Shown here: positions 39,698 to 50,526 of the stretch, one piece after another
Position numbering within the stretch: the stretch's first letter is position 1
Layout: each line of letters begins with the position of its first letter
Source: a virus
Taxonomy: Duplodnaviria; Caudoviricetes
Length of the DNA: 64,000 nt
Virus record (IMG/VR): IMGVR_UViG_3300028048_000001
Coordinates: 210,242-274,241 of that record
Direction: 5' to 3' (one strand)
Notes under the pieces: model-generated
The model's database searches: none
Told to the model about the DNA's origin: nothing
Seen by the model: the letters and a program-made list of their open reading frames with translations, nothing else
Translations under genes and position numbers: made by a program

Positions 39698-40042
39698 TTA
39701 TCTTTCTTTTGGCACAAAATCAGGACACATTGGGTCCATTTTAGACCAAGCTCTTCTTATAGCTTCAGAACATTGACTAAAATAATATTTATTTGATCTT
39801 AGAGCTAAATTAAAATCATCTTCCATATTGGTATATCCAAGAGGAGCTTTTCCCATTGTATCTTCGTTTAAATGAATATTTAAAGGATATATTTTAATAT
39901 CACCTATTACTTTCTTTTTATCTTTTAAATATTTCCTATATCCATCTGACCAATTTGTAGGCATATTATTGGGTATTCTTAAATACCCTCTTACATTGTT
40001 ATTATTTGTACCGTCTTTATATTCTATAGCAACAAATCTCAT
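39698..40042 (-). CDS. Hypothetical protein
   Basis: 114-aa ORF. Confidence 0.6.
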   Translation of the reverse strand: MRFVAIEYKDGTNNNNVRGYLRIPNNMPTNWSDGYRKYLKDKKKVIGDIKIYPLNIHLNEDTMGKAPLGYTNMEDDFNLALRSNKYYFSQCSEAIRRAWSKMDPMCPDFVPKER

Positions 40043-40057
40043 AGATTTATTTTTCCT

Positions 40058-40549
40058 TTATTTAATAATAAATAAAATAATGATTAATACTAAAATTAAT
40101 CCAGCAATTCCAATTCCAAGTTTAGTAAGTAATTTGGAATAAATTTGAGTTGCTTTAATAGCAGAATTTATTTCATTAATATTATGATCTGTAATTTTAA
40201 TCAATTTTTCTATCTTTTTATTAATAATATCAACATCATCGGTTAAATTTTCAAATAATTTTTTATATGTTTCAAAAAGTTCAATATAATTTTGATTTGG
40301 ATTTATAAATTCAATTTCATTTTTATTAATATTATCATCTACAAATTCAGATTCTCCATTAGAACCATCAGAAAATCCTGGTGATGGTGGAACATCTTCT
40401 GTATCATCGCCAATTTTTTTGCCACGTTCATCTGTAATAATATTTTCTTCGGTTGGGGATTCAATATTTAATGCTCCATCTTTAAATGAAACATTTTGAA
40501 ACATTTCTTTAATATCAATATCATTTTCGTTAGTACTATTTTCACCCAT
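40058..40549 (-). CDS. Coiled-coil protein with a C-terminal transmembrane anchor
   Basis: Acidic N-terminus, heptad region, terminal LGIGIAGLILVLIIILFII. Confidence 0.7.
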   Translation of the reverse strand: MGENSTNENDIDIKEMFQNVSFKDGALNIESPTEENIITDERGKKIGDDTEDVPPSPGFSDGSNGESEFVDDNINKNEIEFINPNQNYIELFETYKKLFENLTDDVDIINKKIEKLIKITDHNINEINSAIKATQIYSKLLTKLGIGIAGLILVLIIILFIIK

Positions 40550-40581
40550 TTTTATTTCCTCCGTATTAATAAATTTATTAA

Positions 40582-41001
40582 TTATCCATGACTAATATTT
40601 AAATTTAAAAATGTAAGTAAAACTAAATTTATAAAATTCGTAACAAATATAAGAATAGCAACTTTGACAAGAGTATCATAAGCTTTTCTATAGTTATTGG
40701 TAGATGCTTTAATCTCTTCATCTGATGTTATTTTTATAAGTTCTGCTATACTAGATAATCTATTTCCCATAAACTCACAATTATTATGAAGATCTATCAT
40801 TATATCTTCTATATTTGCATTTATAGCATCATTTCTTTTTTTCATTTGATCTATTTGTTTATTAATTATAGATCTTGAGATTCCACATTCACTACCATCT
40901 TTATTAATTATATTGATCTTTTCAATGATATCATCATTATTATTATCACTATCGTTATCAAAAGTATCAAATAAATCTTCTTTATATTCTTCATTATTCA
41001 T
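40582..41001 (-). CDS. Coiled-coil protein with a C-terminal transmembrane anchor
   Basis: Terminal VAILIFVTNFINLVLLTFL. Confidence 0.65.
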   Translation of the reverse strand: MNNEEYKEDLFDTFDNDSDNNNDDIIEKINIINKDGSECGISRSIINKQIDQMKKRNDAINANIEDIMIDLHNNCEFMGNRLSSIAELIKITSDEEIKASTNNYRKAYDTLVKVAILIFVTNFINLVLLTFLNLNISHG

Positions 41002-41025
41002 ATATAATATACCACCTTTTTAATT

Positions 41026-41553
41026 TTAACCACCTAATATATGTATCATAAAATAGTAGATAATAAAAAATATTTGTATAATATTTATAATAATTAGCCA
41101 ATATATAGCATTTTTTAATTCTTTTATTTTTTCTTCGATAGATGAACGTGCATCGGTTTCTAATCTGTTTACAATTTCAAGAATAGTACCAGTTTTAATA
41201 TTATTATCAATAATTTTTCTATTATTCTTATCTAATAATTTATAAGTATCTTCATAAGCTATAGTAATTTTTTTAGTAAGTCTATCATAATTATATTTTG
41301 TTTGCTTATTTAATTTAATTTGTTGTTCTGCAAAATCTTGATATTCTTTTCTAACTTCATTTGTTTTATCAATAACATAATCTTGTACATTATTCTTTAA
41401 TTCATAATTAGCAGTATCAATTGTAGCAGTTGCAATTTTAGTATCTTTATTATAATCTACCATATTATCACCATTTTCTATAAAATATTTATTTGTATTT
41501 AGTGTCGTTTTCATCATTTTTAAAAACTTAGAATTTGGAGTAAATATAGCCAT
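41026..41553 (-). CDS. Coiled-coil protein with a C-terminal transmembrane anchor
   Basis: Terminal AIYWLIIINIIQIFFIIYYFMIHIL. Confidence 0.65.
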   Translation of the reverse strand: MAIFTPNSKFLKMMKTTLNTNKYFIENGDNMVDYNKDTKIATATIDTANYELKNNVQDYVIDKTNEVRKEYQDFAEQQIKLNKQTKYNYDRLTKKITIAYEDTYKLLDKNNRKIIDNNIKTGTILEIVNRLETDARSSIEEKIKELKNAIYWLIIINIIQIFFIIYYFMIHILGG

Positions 41554-41558
41554 ATGAA

Positions 41559-42716
41559 TTACCCATCTTTAAGAATATTTTCCAATTCTTCTACAGTTAA
41601 ATATTGTTCATCATTTTTTAAATAATTAACCCACATAACAAATTTTTGTTCATCTGTTAATTTTGGGTCTAATAAAAATGAAAATTTTTCATTATCTTGT
41701 TTAATTTTTTCTTCTGCTTGTCTTGCAATTTCTCTTTCTGGAGAGAAAAATTCTAAGGTAACAGTATCATCTGTTCTAAAACTATTATTAATTGCCATTC
41801 TATTGGCTGGTTCTAAAGGAATATCAAATTTTACTCTAATATAATCTATCCCTTGATTATTTTTAAGATTTCTAATATAATTTATGGTTTCCAAAGGATC
41901 ATTACCAATTAATTTAGATAATGTAATTGTTTTATAATTATCTGATATAATCTCTTCATAATCAAGATAATATAATCTTGTCATTGTATTGTATGACATT
42001 AATATGAATCCTTTAAAACAATCGTCATCAAATCTCCATCTATAAGGAGAACCACAGTAATAAAAATGATTATAAAAAGTATCAGCTTTATGTATATGAC
42101 CAGATATAATAGGTCCTTTACAGTTAAGAAAGTCATCAATTGTAAATAACCTTCCTTGACCTACATTATCACCATATACAGCACCTTTAATTGTACCATG
42201 CATTATACAGATATCATAGAAATCTGAATGAAATAAGATTTTTTGATAATATTCTTCATCTACTCCATATAATTCTGGAATACAAAGAATTCTTACTCCT
42301 TTTACAATTTCAAATCTGATGTTAGTGACTATTCTAACATCTACATCTGTTCTCTGCATATAATGATAATAAATTTTTAATTGGTTAGCATCATGAGAAA
42401 TAGTACCTTGTAAAATAATCAAAGTAGCATTCTTTAATTTTGCTATTTCAACTAATCTTGCTACAAACATTGAAGCATATAATGTAGCATCGGATGCTGT
42501 CATTACTTTATGATCATATAGATCACCATTAACACATATAAGATCCAATCTTGGCATAGATTCTATCTTTTTCAAAAATTGATCTTCTAAAATAGAATAT
42601 TGCTTATATGGATCCATTACAGGAAAATGTAAATCGGATATATGAGCAGATATTATTGTTGTATTATTAAATAAATAATTATTATAAGTCAATTCTTGAT
42701 TTGTGTTATTCATCAT
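41559..42716 (-). CDS. SbcD/Mre11-like metallophosphoesterase nuclease
   Basis: HISDLH, NGDLYD, GTISHD, MHG, SGHIH, YCGS. Confidence 0.88.
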   Translation of the reverse strand: MMNNTNQELTYNNYLFNNTTIISAHISDLHFPVMDPYKQYSILEDQFLKKIESMPRLDLICVNGDLYDHKVMTASDATLYASMFVARLVEIAKLKNATLIILQGTISHDANQLKIYYHYMQRTDVDVRIVTNIRFEIVKGVRILCIPELYGVDEEYYQKILFHSDFYDICIMHGTIKGAVYGDNVGQGRLFTIDDFLNCKGPIISGHIHKADTFYNHFYYCGSPYRWRFDDDCFKGFILMSYNTMTRLYYLDYEEIISDNYKTITLSKLIGNDPLETINYIRNLKNNQGIDYIRVKFDIPLEPANRMAINNSFRTDDTVTLEFFSPEREIARQAEEKIKQDNEKFSFLLDPKLTDEQKFVMWVNYLKNDEQYLTVEELENILKDG

Positions 42717-42771
42717 AATCCTTTGTTAGTTTTACTTTATTATTAAAAGTTATTATAAATTAATATATTAA

Positions 42772-42981
42772 TTAATCTATTAAATCTAATGATTGTTTAA
42801 TTGTATCTTTGCTGATTAGCATATATGAAATAATTCTATCATGAACAAATGGAATCAATAATCCTTCTTTAACAGCAATAGGTTCGTATACTTTATCATT
42901 AAGATAAATACGTCTAACAACATTATTACTTAATTCTTTTATTTCTTTATAACTGCATAATTCTTTAGTTGTAGTAGTCAT
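42772..42981 (-). CDS. Small hypothetical protein
   Basis: 69 aa; GGAGG SD inside the upstream gene. Confidence 0.55.
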   Translation of the reverse strand: MTTTTKELCSYKEIKELSNNVVRRIYLNDKVYEPIAVKEGLLIPFVHDRIISYMLISKDTIKQSLDLID

Positions 42982-43421
42982 AATTTTACCTCCATATTAT
43001 TGATTCCATTTTCTAATAGATTTAAATATCCATCTATATCATCTATTTTATATAATCTTTGCACTTCTTGTAGATAAATAGCGCTTTCTATAGTTCTTTC
43101 TTTATAAAAATTATCTATAGCTTTTTTTAATGCAAAATCCCAATCGATTTTTATATCTTGATTTTTCCAAAATTTTGTATTACACGAATCGTCTTTATTT
43201 ATTTTCTTTGAAATTTCTAATGTATGATTAATTAATCTCTTTTTTATTTTTGGATATTTAACTTTAGTATTGATTAAATTGCTTAAACTTTTATTAGATA
43301 CTATCCATTTTCTACCATTTTTATATGCATATAAAGAACCATTATTTATTAGATTATTAATAGTTTTATAACTGCATTCTAATTTTTTCATAGCTTCAGA
43401 CATAGTGATACTGTCTAGCAT
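42978..43421 (-). CDS. Excisionase/MerR-like helix-turn-helix DNA-binding protein
   Basis: TMSEAMKKLECSYKTINNLINNGSL.AYK.GRKWIV (HTH_17 pattern). Confidence 0.8.
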   Translation of the reverse strand: MLDSITMSEAMKKLECSYKTINNLINNGSLYAYKNGRKWIVSNKSLSNLINTKVKYPKIKKRLINHTLEISKKINKDDSCNTKFWKNQDIKIDWDFALKKAIDNFYKERTIESAIYLQEVQRLYKIDDIDGYLNLLENGINNMEVKL

Positions 43422-43512
43422 TTTATTTTCTCCTTTTTAAAAATTAAAAATTTTTATATAAGTATTATCAATGTGATTGATAATACTTAAGGTATTCACT
43501 CTAAGTAATACC

Positions 43513-44079
43513 TTAGATTTGAATATCTTGCTTAACTTTTTTTATAAAATTTTTATTAATATTACTATTAGAAATATCGTCTAAATAATTTTTAAGAATA
43601 TTTATTATTTTTTTCTTGCATTGTAATTCAACCTTTCTTTGAGAATCATTAGTGACACCATCTCCAGAAGAGATTTCTAGCACCCTTCCAGATTTAGTAT
43701 GTATAATTGAAAAAATTATTACATTACCTGGCTTAATATCTAATATATACATTTTATTTTCTTCAATATCAGAAAAATATATTGGAATAAATTTATTTAA
43801 TGATTGTGTATATGTAATATCTTTAGTGATAGAAATATCTTCAGAGTATTTTTCTAATCTATCCCAATATAAAATAAATATTTTTTCTAAATTAAATAAA
43901 TATTCTACAGTCCAAGTATCTTTAATAAGATTATCTATCATATTGATTACTTGATTTTTTAATTTTTTATATTCTCTTTTTTCTTTTATTTTCAACCATC
44001 CAAAAGGTTTATTGAATTCATTATTTAAATCTCTTATCAAATCACAGCATTGAAAAATAGACAATAATGGATTTATCAT
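43513..44079 (-). CDS. Hypothetical protein
   Basis: 188-aa ORF with SD. Confidence 0.65.
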   Translation of the reverse strand: MINPLLSIFQCCDLIRDLNNEFNKPFGWLKIKEKREYKKLKNQVINMIDNLIKDTWTVEYLFNLEKIFILYWDRLEKYSEDISITKDITYTQSLNKFIPIYFSDIEENKMYILDIKPGNVIIFSIIHTKSGRVLEISSGDGVTNDSQRKVELQCKKKIINILKNYLDDISNSNINKNFIKKVKQDIQI

Positions 44080-44161
44080 AAAATAACTCCTATTGATTAT
44101 GATATATACTTTGTTTTATATGAAGGTTTTTTTGATAATAAAAAGCAAAACTACAGGAGAA

Positions 44162-44944
44162 TTATTCCCCTGTAGTAGATATATCTTTTAATAATGATTC
44201 ATATTGATATTTAGTATTCATTCTCATTATAAAAGCTGCATTTAATAGCATAAAAGTTTGTAAGCAATCATCAAAGAATTTTATATGACTGATATTATTC
44301 TTTAAATCATATTCATATGTATAATATGTATAATTTGATTTATCTAATCTAAGTATTAAAGCTCTAGAAATTTCGATATTTTTTAATTCTTTGAGCAAAT
44401 ATTTATATGCTGCTAATTGTAGGGCATAATTATAATTCATATGATTAGATGTTTTAAAATCAATAAGCCAATAATTATCATCTACTTTAAGAAGACAATC
44501 ACAAGTACCAGCAAAATACTTATGGATTAATGTTTCTTCAAGATATATAACTTCTATTTTTTTATAATTATTATGAATTAAATTCCACCATTTATAAAAC
44601 CCAGTCATAACAGAACATACTGTTTGCTTAATTCTATCATTTGGAATTTCTACCATAGAATCTAAATCTAAATATCCTTGTTTTAAATATCGTTCAATTG
44701 CTAAATGTGAATATGTACCTTTATCAGCAGATTCTCTCATAAAAGCAGTGTATGAAATATGTTTAAATCCAAGATTATTAGCCCATTTCATAAGAAAATC
44801 TTCATGAAGCATAGCAGAAATAACTTCTGTTACTCTAGGTACTCTTTTACCATCATATTCATATTTAGATTTAGTAGATACAGATAATTCTATTTCACTC
44901 ATTCTATCCATTATTTTTTGTAAATCTTTTTCTTTAATAATCAT
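44162..44944 (-). CDS. PD-(D/E)xK exonuclease (Cas4/RecB-like)
   Basis: PRVTEVI, GTYSH..IE, AGTCD, IDFKTS, LQLAAY. Confidence 0.85.
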   Translation of the reverse strand: MIIKEKDLQKIMDRMSEIELSVSTKSKYEYDGKRVPRVTEVISAMLHEDFLMKWANNLGFKHISYTAFMRESADKGTYSHLAIERYLKQGYLDLDSMVEIPNDRIKQTVCSVMTGFYKWWNLIHNNYKKIEVIYLEETLIHKYFAGTCDCLLKVDDNYWLIDFKTSNHMNYNYALQLAAYKYLLKELKNIEISRALILRLDKSNYTYYTYEYDLKNNISHIKFFDDCLQTFMLLNAAFIMRMNTKYQYESLLKDISTTGE

Positions 44945-45037
44945 TTTAATAATTCCTTATATATTGATTTTATAATAAAGTATAAAAAATAATAAAATAA
45001 AATGCGAGTAGAGAAAGAAATCTCTACTCGCATATAA

Positions 45038-46201
45038 TTAATTCTCGTCTAATTTATCTAGAGATTCATAATCAACAAATATACCATATGCAGATTTCTT
45101 TTTATAATTTGAATTTTTAACAAGTTTATCTCTAATATCCATATATTGGATTTTAAGATTAATCCATTTTTCTAATTCTCTTTCACTAGTACCAGCTTCT
45201 CTTTCTTCTCTAATAAAATCATCTAATATAGCTAAACGAGCATTTATTTGTTTCAATGCATAAAATACATCGTCTTCAGTTTCTGCATTTTTAACACGGA
45301 TTACATATTCATAGAAATCATTTTCTATATCTTTAAGTCCAGCATATTTTAAAGCTGTAAAAAATCCTCTTCTTTTGGATTCTGTAATATACATTTGAGC
45401 AGATTCTGTATATAAGCTAGTATCAATTCTATTTAATGCATTAATAACAGAATTAATTCTATTGATATATAATACAGAAGCAGTTAATTTTTTAACTTTA
45501 TCCAGTAAATGCAGAGCAGGAACTCTTTCTTTATCTACATTACTATATAATCTCAGGCACCAATCAAGCATAGTTAATTTTGGTTGTCTTTTTATTTCAT
45601 TCTCGCATCCAGGAATTTCTCTGTAAAGTTTCTGTAATGCAGATTCAAAATTAGTAAATCCTAAAGATTCTACAAATGTATCATTAACAATATCATCTGG
45701 TAAATATAAGCATGATGTAAGTTGATTAATTGCATCATATAATCCAAATGCTAATATAGCTTGGAATTGAATAGAATCTTTGATAATAATATTAGATCCT
45801 CTATTTGCCAACCAAGCATCAATCATTTCTCTTACTCTAATTGCAGGAGTAAAATCACATATTAAATGATAAATATTATAAAGCATAATAACAGCTACAT
45901 CTTCATTAGTAAGACCATAATCAAACATCTTACTATCGATTTCTACTTCATATGTATCAAATCTAATATTATCGCCAACAACCATAAGATTATTAATAGT
46001 ATTGGAAGCCATTTTTGGCATAACTATACAACCAAATGGAATTTTATCTGTATTAATAGTATAAATAAAATTCTCACATTTAGCATCTTTTCCAAATATT
46101 GAATTAAGAGCATATTTTACGCTAATTAGATCTTCTTGATTATGAGAGAAGTTACGTAAATTATCAATAGCTCTTATCAAATTTTCAACTCTATTATCCA
46201 T
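45038..46201 (-). CDS. Putative virion (head) structural protein
   Basis: 387 aa with YTES/ITES candidate protease sites. Confidence 0.5.
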   Translation of the reverse strand: MDNRVENLIRAIDNLRNFSHNQEDLISVKYALNSIFGKDAKCENFIYTINTDKIPFGCIVMPKMASNTINNLMVVGDNIRFDTYEVEIDSKMFDYGLTNEDVAVIMLYNIYHLICDFTPAIRVREMIDAWLANRGSNIIIKDSIQFQAILAFGLYDAINQLTSCLYLPDDIVNDTFVESLGFTNFESALQKLYREIPGCENEIKRQPKLTMLDWCLRLYSNVDKERVPALHLLDKVKKLTASVLYINRINSVINALNRIDTSLYTESAQMYITESKRRGFFTALKYAGLKDIENDFYEYVIRVKNAETEDDVFYALKQINARLAILDDFIREEREAGTSERELEKWINLKIQYMDIRDKLVKNSNYKKKSAYGIFVDYESLDKLDEN

Positions 46202-46229
46202 AATATTTTTTATTCAACCTCTCTTATTA

Positions 46230-47378
46230 TTATTCAGAAGCATAATTAGCAATAAATAGTACATTACCATAATCACCAGCTTCAATTCTTTCTGGATTCC
46301 ATTTTATAAAAACATATCCAGATTTAATTGCTGCAGGTGGTGTATATGCTCCATCTTCTATAGTATAAGATGTCTTAGCTGATGCAGGCATAGTACCACC
46401 ATCAGTATTGTATGTTATAGAATAATTTACTGGTATATAAGTAAAAGTATATTCTAAATCTTTACTTGTAATAACAACACTATCTATATCTTTATTATAT
46501 GCAGTAATATTTTTAGCATACAAAGTCTGTCCAGGTATACAATCAATGTTTGTTGTTTCTATTTCTATTCCAGTAGATGATATATAATGTACTTTTACAT
46601 TCCATATATACCAACTAGGAATTCTACCAGCTTCCAATGCTGTTGTATTAGTAAAAGCATCAGTAAAATCAGAAAACTGTCCATTTGCCCAATTTTCAAC
46701 AGCAGACACATCACCTAATAATCTACAATCTTTAAATAAATTAGTAATTTTCATTCCTGAATTAGTTTCTAATTTATTTAAATCACTAATATTTCTAAGT
46801 AAACTAAACCCTTCAAATGCAGAACTCATATCATTATTACAATGAATTCTTACTGTACTGTATAAAAATAATGTTCCATTAGAACACCATGCTTGAATAG
46901 GTGTACTTGTATTTGAAAGATTAATAGTGTTACTAGTATCTGGTTTTGTAGAAGATATTTGAATAGACATTATTGTCGTTTTATCAAATTTATTATTAAC
47001 CAAAGAATTAAAATTACTTCCATTTACTAATATAGCATTATCTGACCAATTTGCTGTAATAGTAATATCTCCTGTATGTCCTTTTGTAATAGAATTAGGA
47101 TTCCATCCTATAAAAGTATATCCTTCTTTAGAAGGAACAGGAGGTATATATTCTGTTTCTACAGTATATTTATATAATGGATTTAAAGATTCATCGAAAT
47201 ATCCACCATTTAAATTATAATCAATATTATATTCTATTGGAGAATATTTAAAAATAAAATGCTGTCCATCTTCTGTAAGAATTTGAGGATCTGGAGTAAC
47301 ATATCCTTTAATATCTTTAGGATAGACATAGGTATTTCTTTTTGCTACTGAACAATATTTACCAATTACAGTACCCAT
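46230..47378 (-). CDS. InlB B-repeat (Flg_new) and BspA/DUF285-like surface protein
   Basis: YNLNGG...P.KEGYTFIGW repeat (two copies); DMSSAFEG..L / ITNLFKDC LRR-like units. Confidence 0.7.
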   Translation of the reverse strand: MGTVIGKYCSVAKRNTYVYPKDIKGYVTPDPQILTEDGQHFIFKYSPIEYNIDYNLNGGYFDESLNPLYKYTVETEYIPPVPSKEGYTFIGWNPNSITKGHTGDITITANWSDNAILVNGSNFNSLVNNKFDKTTIMSIQISSTKPDTSNTINLSNTSTPIQAWCSNGTLFLYSTVRIHCNNDMSSAFEGFSLLRNISDLNKLETNSGMKITNLFKDCRLLGDVSAVENWANGQFSDFTDAFTNTTALEAGRIPSWYIWNVKVHYISSTGIEIETTNIDCIPGQTLYAKNITAYNKDIDSVVITSKDLEYTFTYIPVNYSITYNTDGGTMPASAKTSYTIEDGAYTPPAAIKSGYVFIKWNPERIEAGDYGNVLFIANYASE

Positions 47379-47393
47379 ATTCTATCCTCCATA

Positions 47394-48365
47394 TTAAGCC
47401 CCATAATCATCGTTTTCATCGTTATTATTTCCACTATTATCATCTCCTGTAGTAGATTCATATGTAGAATAATATGATAACAATGATGGATCTGATTCAT
47501 ATGTATAAAAGGCATACAGTGTTATATTTGATTCTGGAACGTAAGATTCGTCTATAATTATAGGAGATATTTTATTAGTAGACCATCCATTGAATATATA
47601 TCTAGCATCGGTTTTATCTGGTTCTTCTGGTAATAACTCTCCTAATGCCATACCAATTCTAATTTTAATATCATCCGGTAATACTAACCCTGATACTGAT
47701 ATATTAGTATCGAAATGAATATTATAATAATCTGATCCAGCAAGATCAACCGTTATATTATAATCACCTTCGTCTGTTAGTCTAAGAATATATACATCAT
47801 ATGATACATATGAGCCATTAATATTATTTATAGCATATAATCTATCTTCAACATCAGCATCGATAACGACACCAGTATCTTCATTTACAAAAGTCGGTGT
47901 CATATTAATTGGAACATAAAATGCTATTACATAATCTTCTCTTAATGTAACTTTTACAGTACTACTGTCTTCGATCATATTTTGAGCAACAAGAATATAT
48001 TGATATAATCTATCTTTAGCAGTAGTATCTATTAAACCATAATAAACATAATTTTCTAAGCCTACAGCTCCAGATTTAGAAGTTTCTGAACTTGTTATAA
48101 CATAATACCAATGGTTAGTTTTTCTATCTTTAATAGCAGGTAAAGTACTTTCTGTTACTATATGAACAACTACAGAACCATCTTGTATTTTTTTAATATC
48201 TTCTTTTATTTGACCTGTAATGGAAACATAACCATCACCCTCTTTAACATAAATATCATTTTCATTGAAATCCATTACAATTTCATGATTTTTATGTTCA
48301 TCTTTATTCTCAAAATCATCTGGAATAATGGGTACTCTGGCCATGTATTTTTTATTATCAGCCAT
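47394..48365 (-). CDS. Virion-associated protein with a C-terminal InlB B-repeat
   Basis: LPEEP...YIFNGWST...NITLYA. Confidence 0.55.
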   Translation of the reverse strand: MADNKKYMARVPIIPDDFENKDEHKNHEIVMDFNENDIYVKEGDGYVSITGQIKEDIKKIQDGSVVVHIVTESTLPAIKDRKTNHWYYVITSSETSKSGAVGLENYVYYGLIDTTAKDRLYQYILVAQNMIEDSSTVKVTLREDYVIAFYVPINMTPTFVNEDTGVVIDADVEDRLYAINNINGSYVSYDVYILRLTDEGDYNITVDLAGSDYYNIHFDTNISVSGLVLPDDIKIRIGMALGELLPEEPDKTDARYIFNGWSTNKISPIIIDESYVPESNITLYAFYTYESDPSLLSYYSTYESTTGDDNSGNNNDENDDYGA

Positions 48366-48537
48366 TGTAGAATATCCTCCACAAATATATTGGGTTATTA
48401 ATATAAAGTTTTGAATAAAGATGATTATAAAAATAAAAAATATATATGATAAATCTTTTGTTTTATATATTGATCTTATTATAATTATATAAAATTAAAA
48501 TTAATTACCCAGCAAGAAAAATCTTGCTGGGTAATTG

Positions 48538-48705
48538 TTATTTATTTCTTTCTTTATTTTCTTTTTCTTTATTACGTCTCATGACTTCTTGATCAGATTC
48601 ATTAAGAATATTAAAACCTAATCCAAGATCACCTTGCTCAGTGATTGCTCCATATTCTAATTTCTTTTTATTACTACTAAGCATTGATAAATCGTTAGCG
48701 TCCAT
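48538..48705 (-). CDS. Small hypothetical protein (55 aa)
   Basis: Manual translation MDANDLSMLSSNKKKLEYGAITEQGDLGLGFNILNES...; AGGAG SD; terminator at 48503-48536. Confidence 0.6.
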   Translation of the reverse strand: MDANDLSMLSSNKKKLEYGAITEQGDLGLGFNILNESDQEVMRRNKEKENKERNK

Positions 48706-48728
48706 AATTTTTTCTCCTATTATTTATT

Positions 48729-49709
48729 TTAAGATTTAATAATATCATAAATTTTATGTAATTCATCAGAATAATATTTAATCATATCATTATAAATTAC
48801 CATGGATTTTGTATTAAAATCCATAGAAGCTGTTGCATTTTTAATTAAATATTTAAATAATCTATCTATAGCATCTCTTCCTTCTTTATCTTTTCCATAA
48901 TCAGAAAGCATTTTCTTATATGCTGTATCCAATAATTGTAGATATGCTAACTGAGCAGAAATATTTTTATTATATATATCAATAACATAATATATATTTT
49001 CAATATATTCTTTATATACCATTAAAACTTCTTCTAATCTTTGATTAGTATAATTTTCAATTTTCATAAATGGATCACAACTATAGATATATCCATTATT
49101 TTGAGCAATATATTTTTCTTCATTAGCAATAAGAGAATCTATCATTGTATTAATAGCTTCTATTCTATCATTATCATTTTTCTTAGAAGAAGCATATCTC
49201 ATGATATCTTGAACTTGTTTAATATAATAATCTGGATTATATGCAAGATTATCAAGATAAAGTTTATATACTTTAGTAGGATCTTTCTTATCAATCATAA
49301 CAGCATAATGAACTTCAGCATCTATACGATCATCACGATGTTTAAATCTTGCCATTTTGTCATGAGCAAGAAGATATTCTACTTTAGTATATATATCATT
49401 TAATTCTTTAGATTGAGTAAGAAGTTTTTTAACTGTAAGCGTATATTTAGATTTAATCCAATAAATAAGTTTAGCAATAATAGCTCCTATAGCAATAACA
49501 CCAAAAGCTACCAAACCAAAATCTTCTTTAAGAAGAATCTTATCATAATCTTCTTTAAAATTTTCTTTATAAGATGATTTCCAATCTTCAGATTCTATAA
49601 CAGTTTTAATTTTCGTATATTCATTATCTAATTCTAATGTGGTAAAATTAGTAGTTTCTTCTACCATAATATCAGAATTAGGTTGAACTATTTTAATTAA
49701 TTCAGCCAT
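48729..49709 (-). CDS. Putative virion/head protein
   Basis: 326 aa with one hydrophobic segment, in the head gene cluster. Confidence 0.5.
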   Translation of the reverse strand: MAELIKIVQPNSDIMVEETTNFTTLELDNEYTKIKTVIESEDWKSSYKENFKEDYDKILLKEDFGLVAFGVIAIGAIIAKLIYWIKSKYTLTVKKLLTQSKELNDIYTKVEYLLAHDKMARFKHRDDRIDAEVHYAVMIDKKDPTKVYKLYLDNLAYNPDYYIKQVQDIMRYASSKKNDNDRIEAINTMIDSLIANEEKYIAQNNGYIYSCDPFMKIENYTNQRLEEVLMVYKEYIENIYYVIDIYNKNISAQLAYLQLLDTAYKKMLSDYGKDKEGRDAIDRLFKYLIKNATASMDFNTKSMVIYNDMIKYYSDELHKIYDIIKS

Positions 49710-49728
49710 ATTTAATATACCTCTTTAT

Positions 49729-50505
49729 TTATACTGTCATTATTAATGGAATAGCTTTATTATTTGCAGATACATAATTACTTTCAAGATAGTCTATAAT
49801 TCCATCTCTTTTTCCATATTCACTTTCAAGATTACTCATCTTTAAATCAATAGTAGAGAATACAGTTTCAAAACCATCCCAATATTTTAAATTATTTACC
49901 AAAAAACCAGCAACATCAGCTTGTGCTAATTGTTCAAATTTTTCCATTGCTGTTGGAGGTATACTAGTAAGAGAATCTAAATGTTTTAAATATAATATTA
50001 TATTAAATTCTCCAATATTAACATCATAATTTCCAGCAGCAACTAATCTTATTTTATTAGGAGCTTCAAACTCAGGAATTATTTGATTTGAAAACATAGA
50101 AGCATAATCTGCTCTTTGTTTCATTCCCATTATATCATCTATAGTAAAATTAGCTGCCAATCCAGCATCTATAGTACCATATCCAAAAGTTTGAGCAAGT
50201 CCTATAGATCTATTTCCGAATTTAGTCCAATCAATATCACCAACTCCTAATATAGATTGAGAACCAATATAATCTTCATCTATATAATACCATCCATTTT
50301 TCTTAGGAGCTGTTTGAGCTGTAACTTTAAATGAAAATTTTCTTGGACAATATCTTGAATATGTAAGAAGACTATCTTCTTTTATGATAGTAGCCCAAGC
50401 ATTTTTACCAAATTCATCTGGTAAATGCTTTGTAAGTGGAATCAATCCTAATCTCCACTCTATTTTATCTATTAATTTAGATATATTATTTTGATATCCA
50501 GCCAT
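49729..50505 (-). CDS. Putative neck/head-completion protein
   Basis: IEWRLG...SLLTYSRYCP N-terminus reminiscent of T4 gp13-like neck proteins; head cluster context. Confidence 0.5.
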   Translation of the reverse strand: MAGYQNNISKLIDKIEWRLGLIPLTKHLPDEFGKNAWATIIKEDSLLTYSRYCPRKFSFKVTAQTAPKKNGWYYIDEDYIGSQSILGVGDIDWTKFGNRSIGLAQTFGYGTIDAGLAANFTIDDIMGMKQRADYASMFSNQIIPEFEAPNKIRLVAAGNYDVNIGEFNIILYLKHLDSLTSIPPTAMEKFEQLAQADVAGFLVNNLKYWDGFETVFSTIDLKMSNLESEYGKRDGIIDYLESNYVSANNKAIPLIMTV

Positions 50506-50526
50506 AATATATTATACCAACCTTTC

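Noticed and set aside
22881-43421. Prophage integrase/excisionase lysogeny module
   Set aside because: The recombinase and the Xis-like HTH gene are 19 kb apart, with no repressor, att site or host genes. The whole window is jumbo-phage-like.
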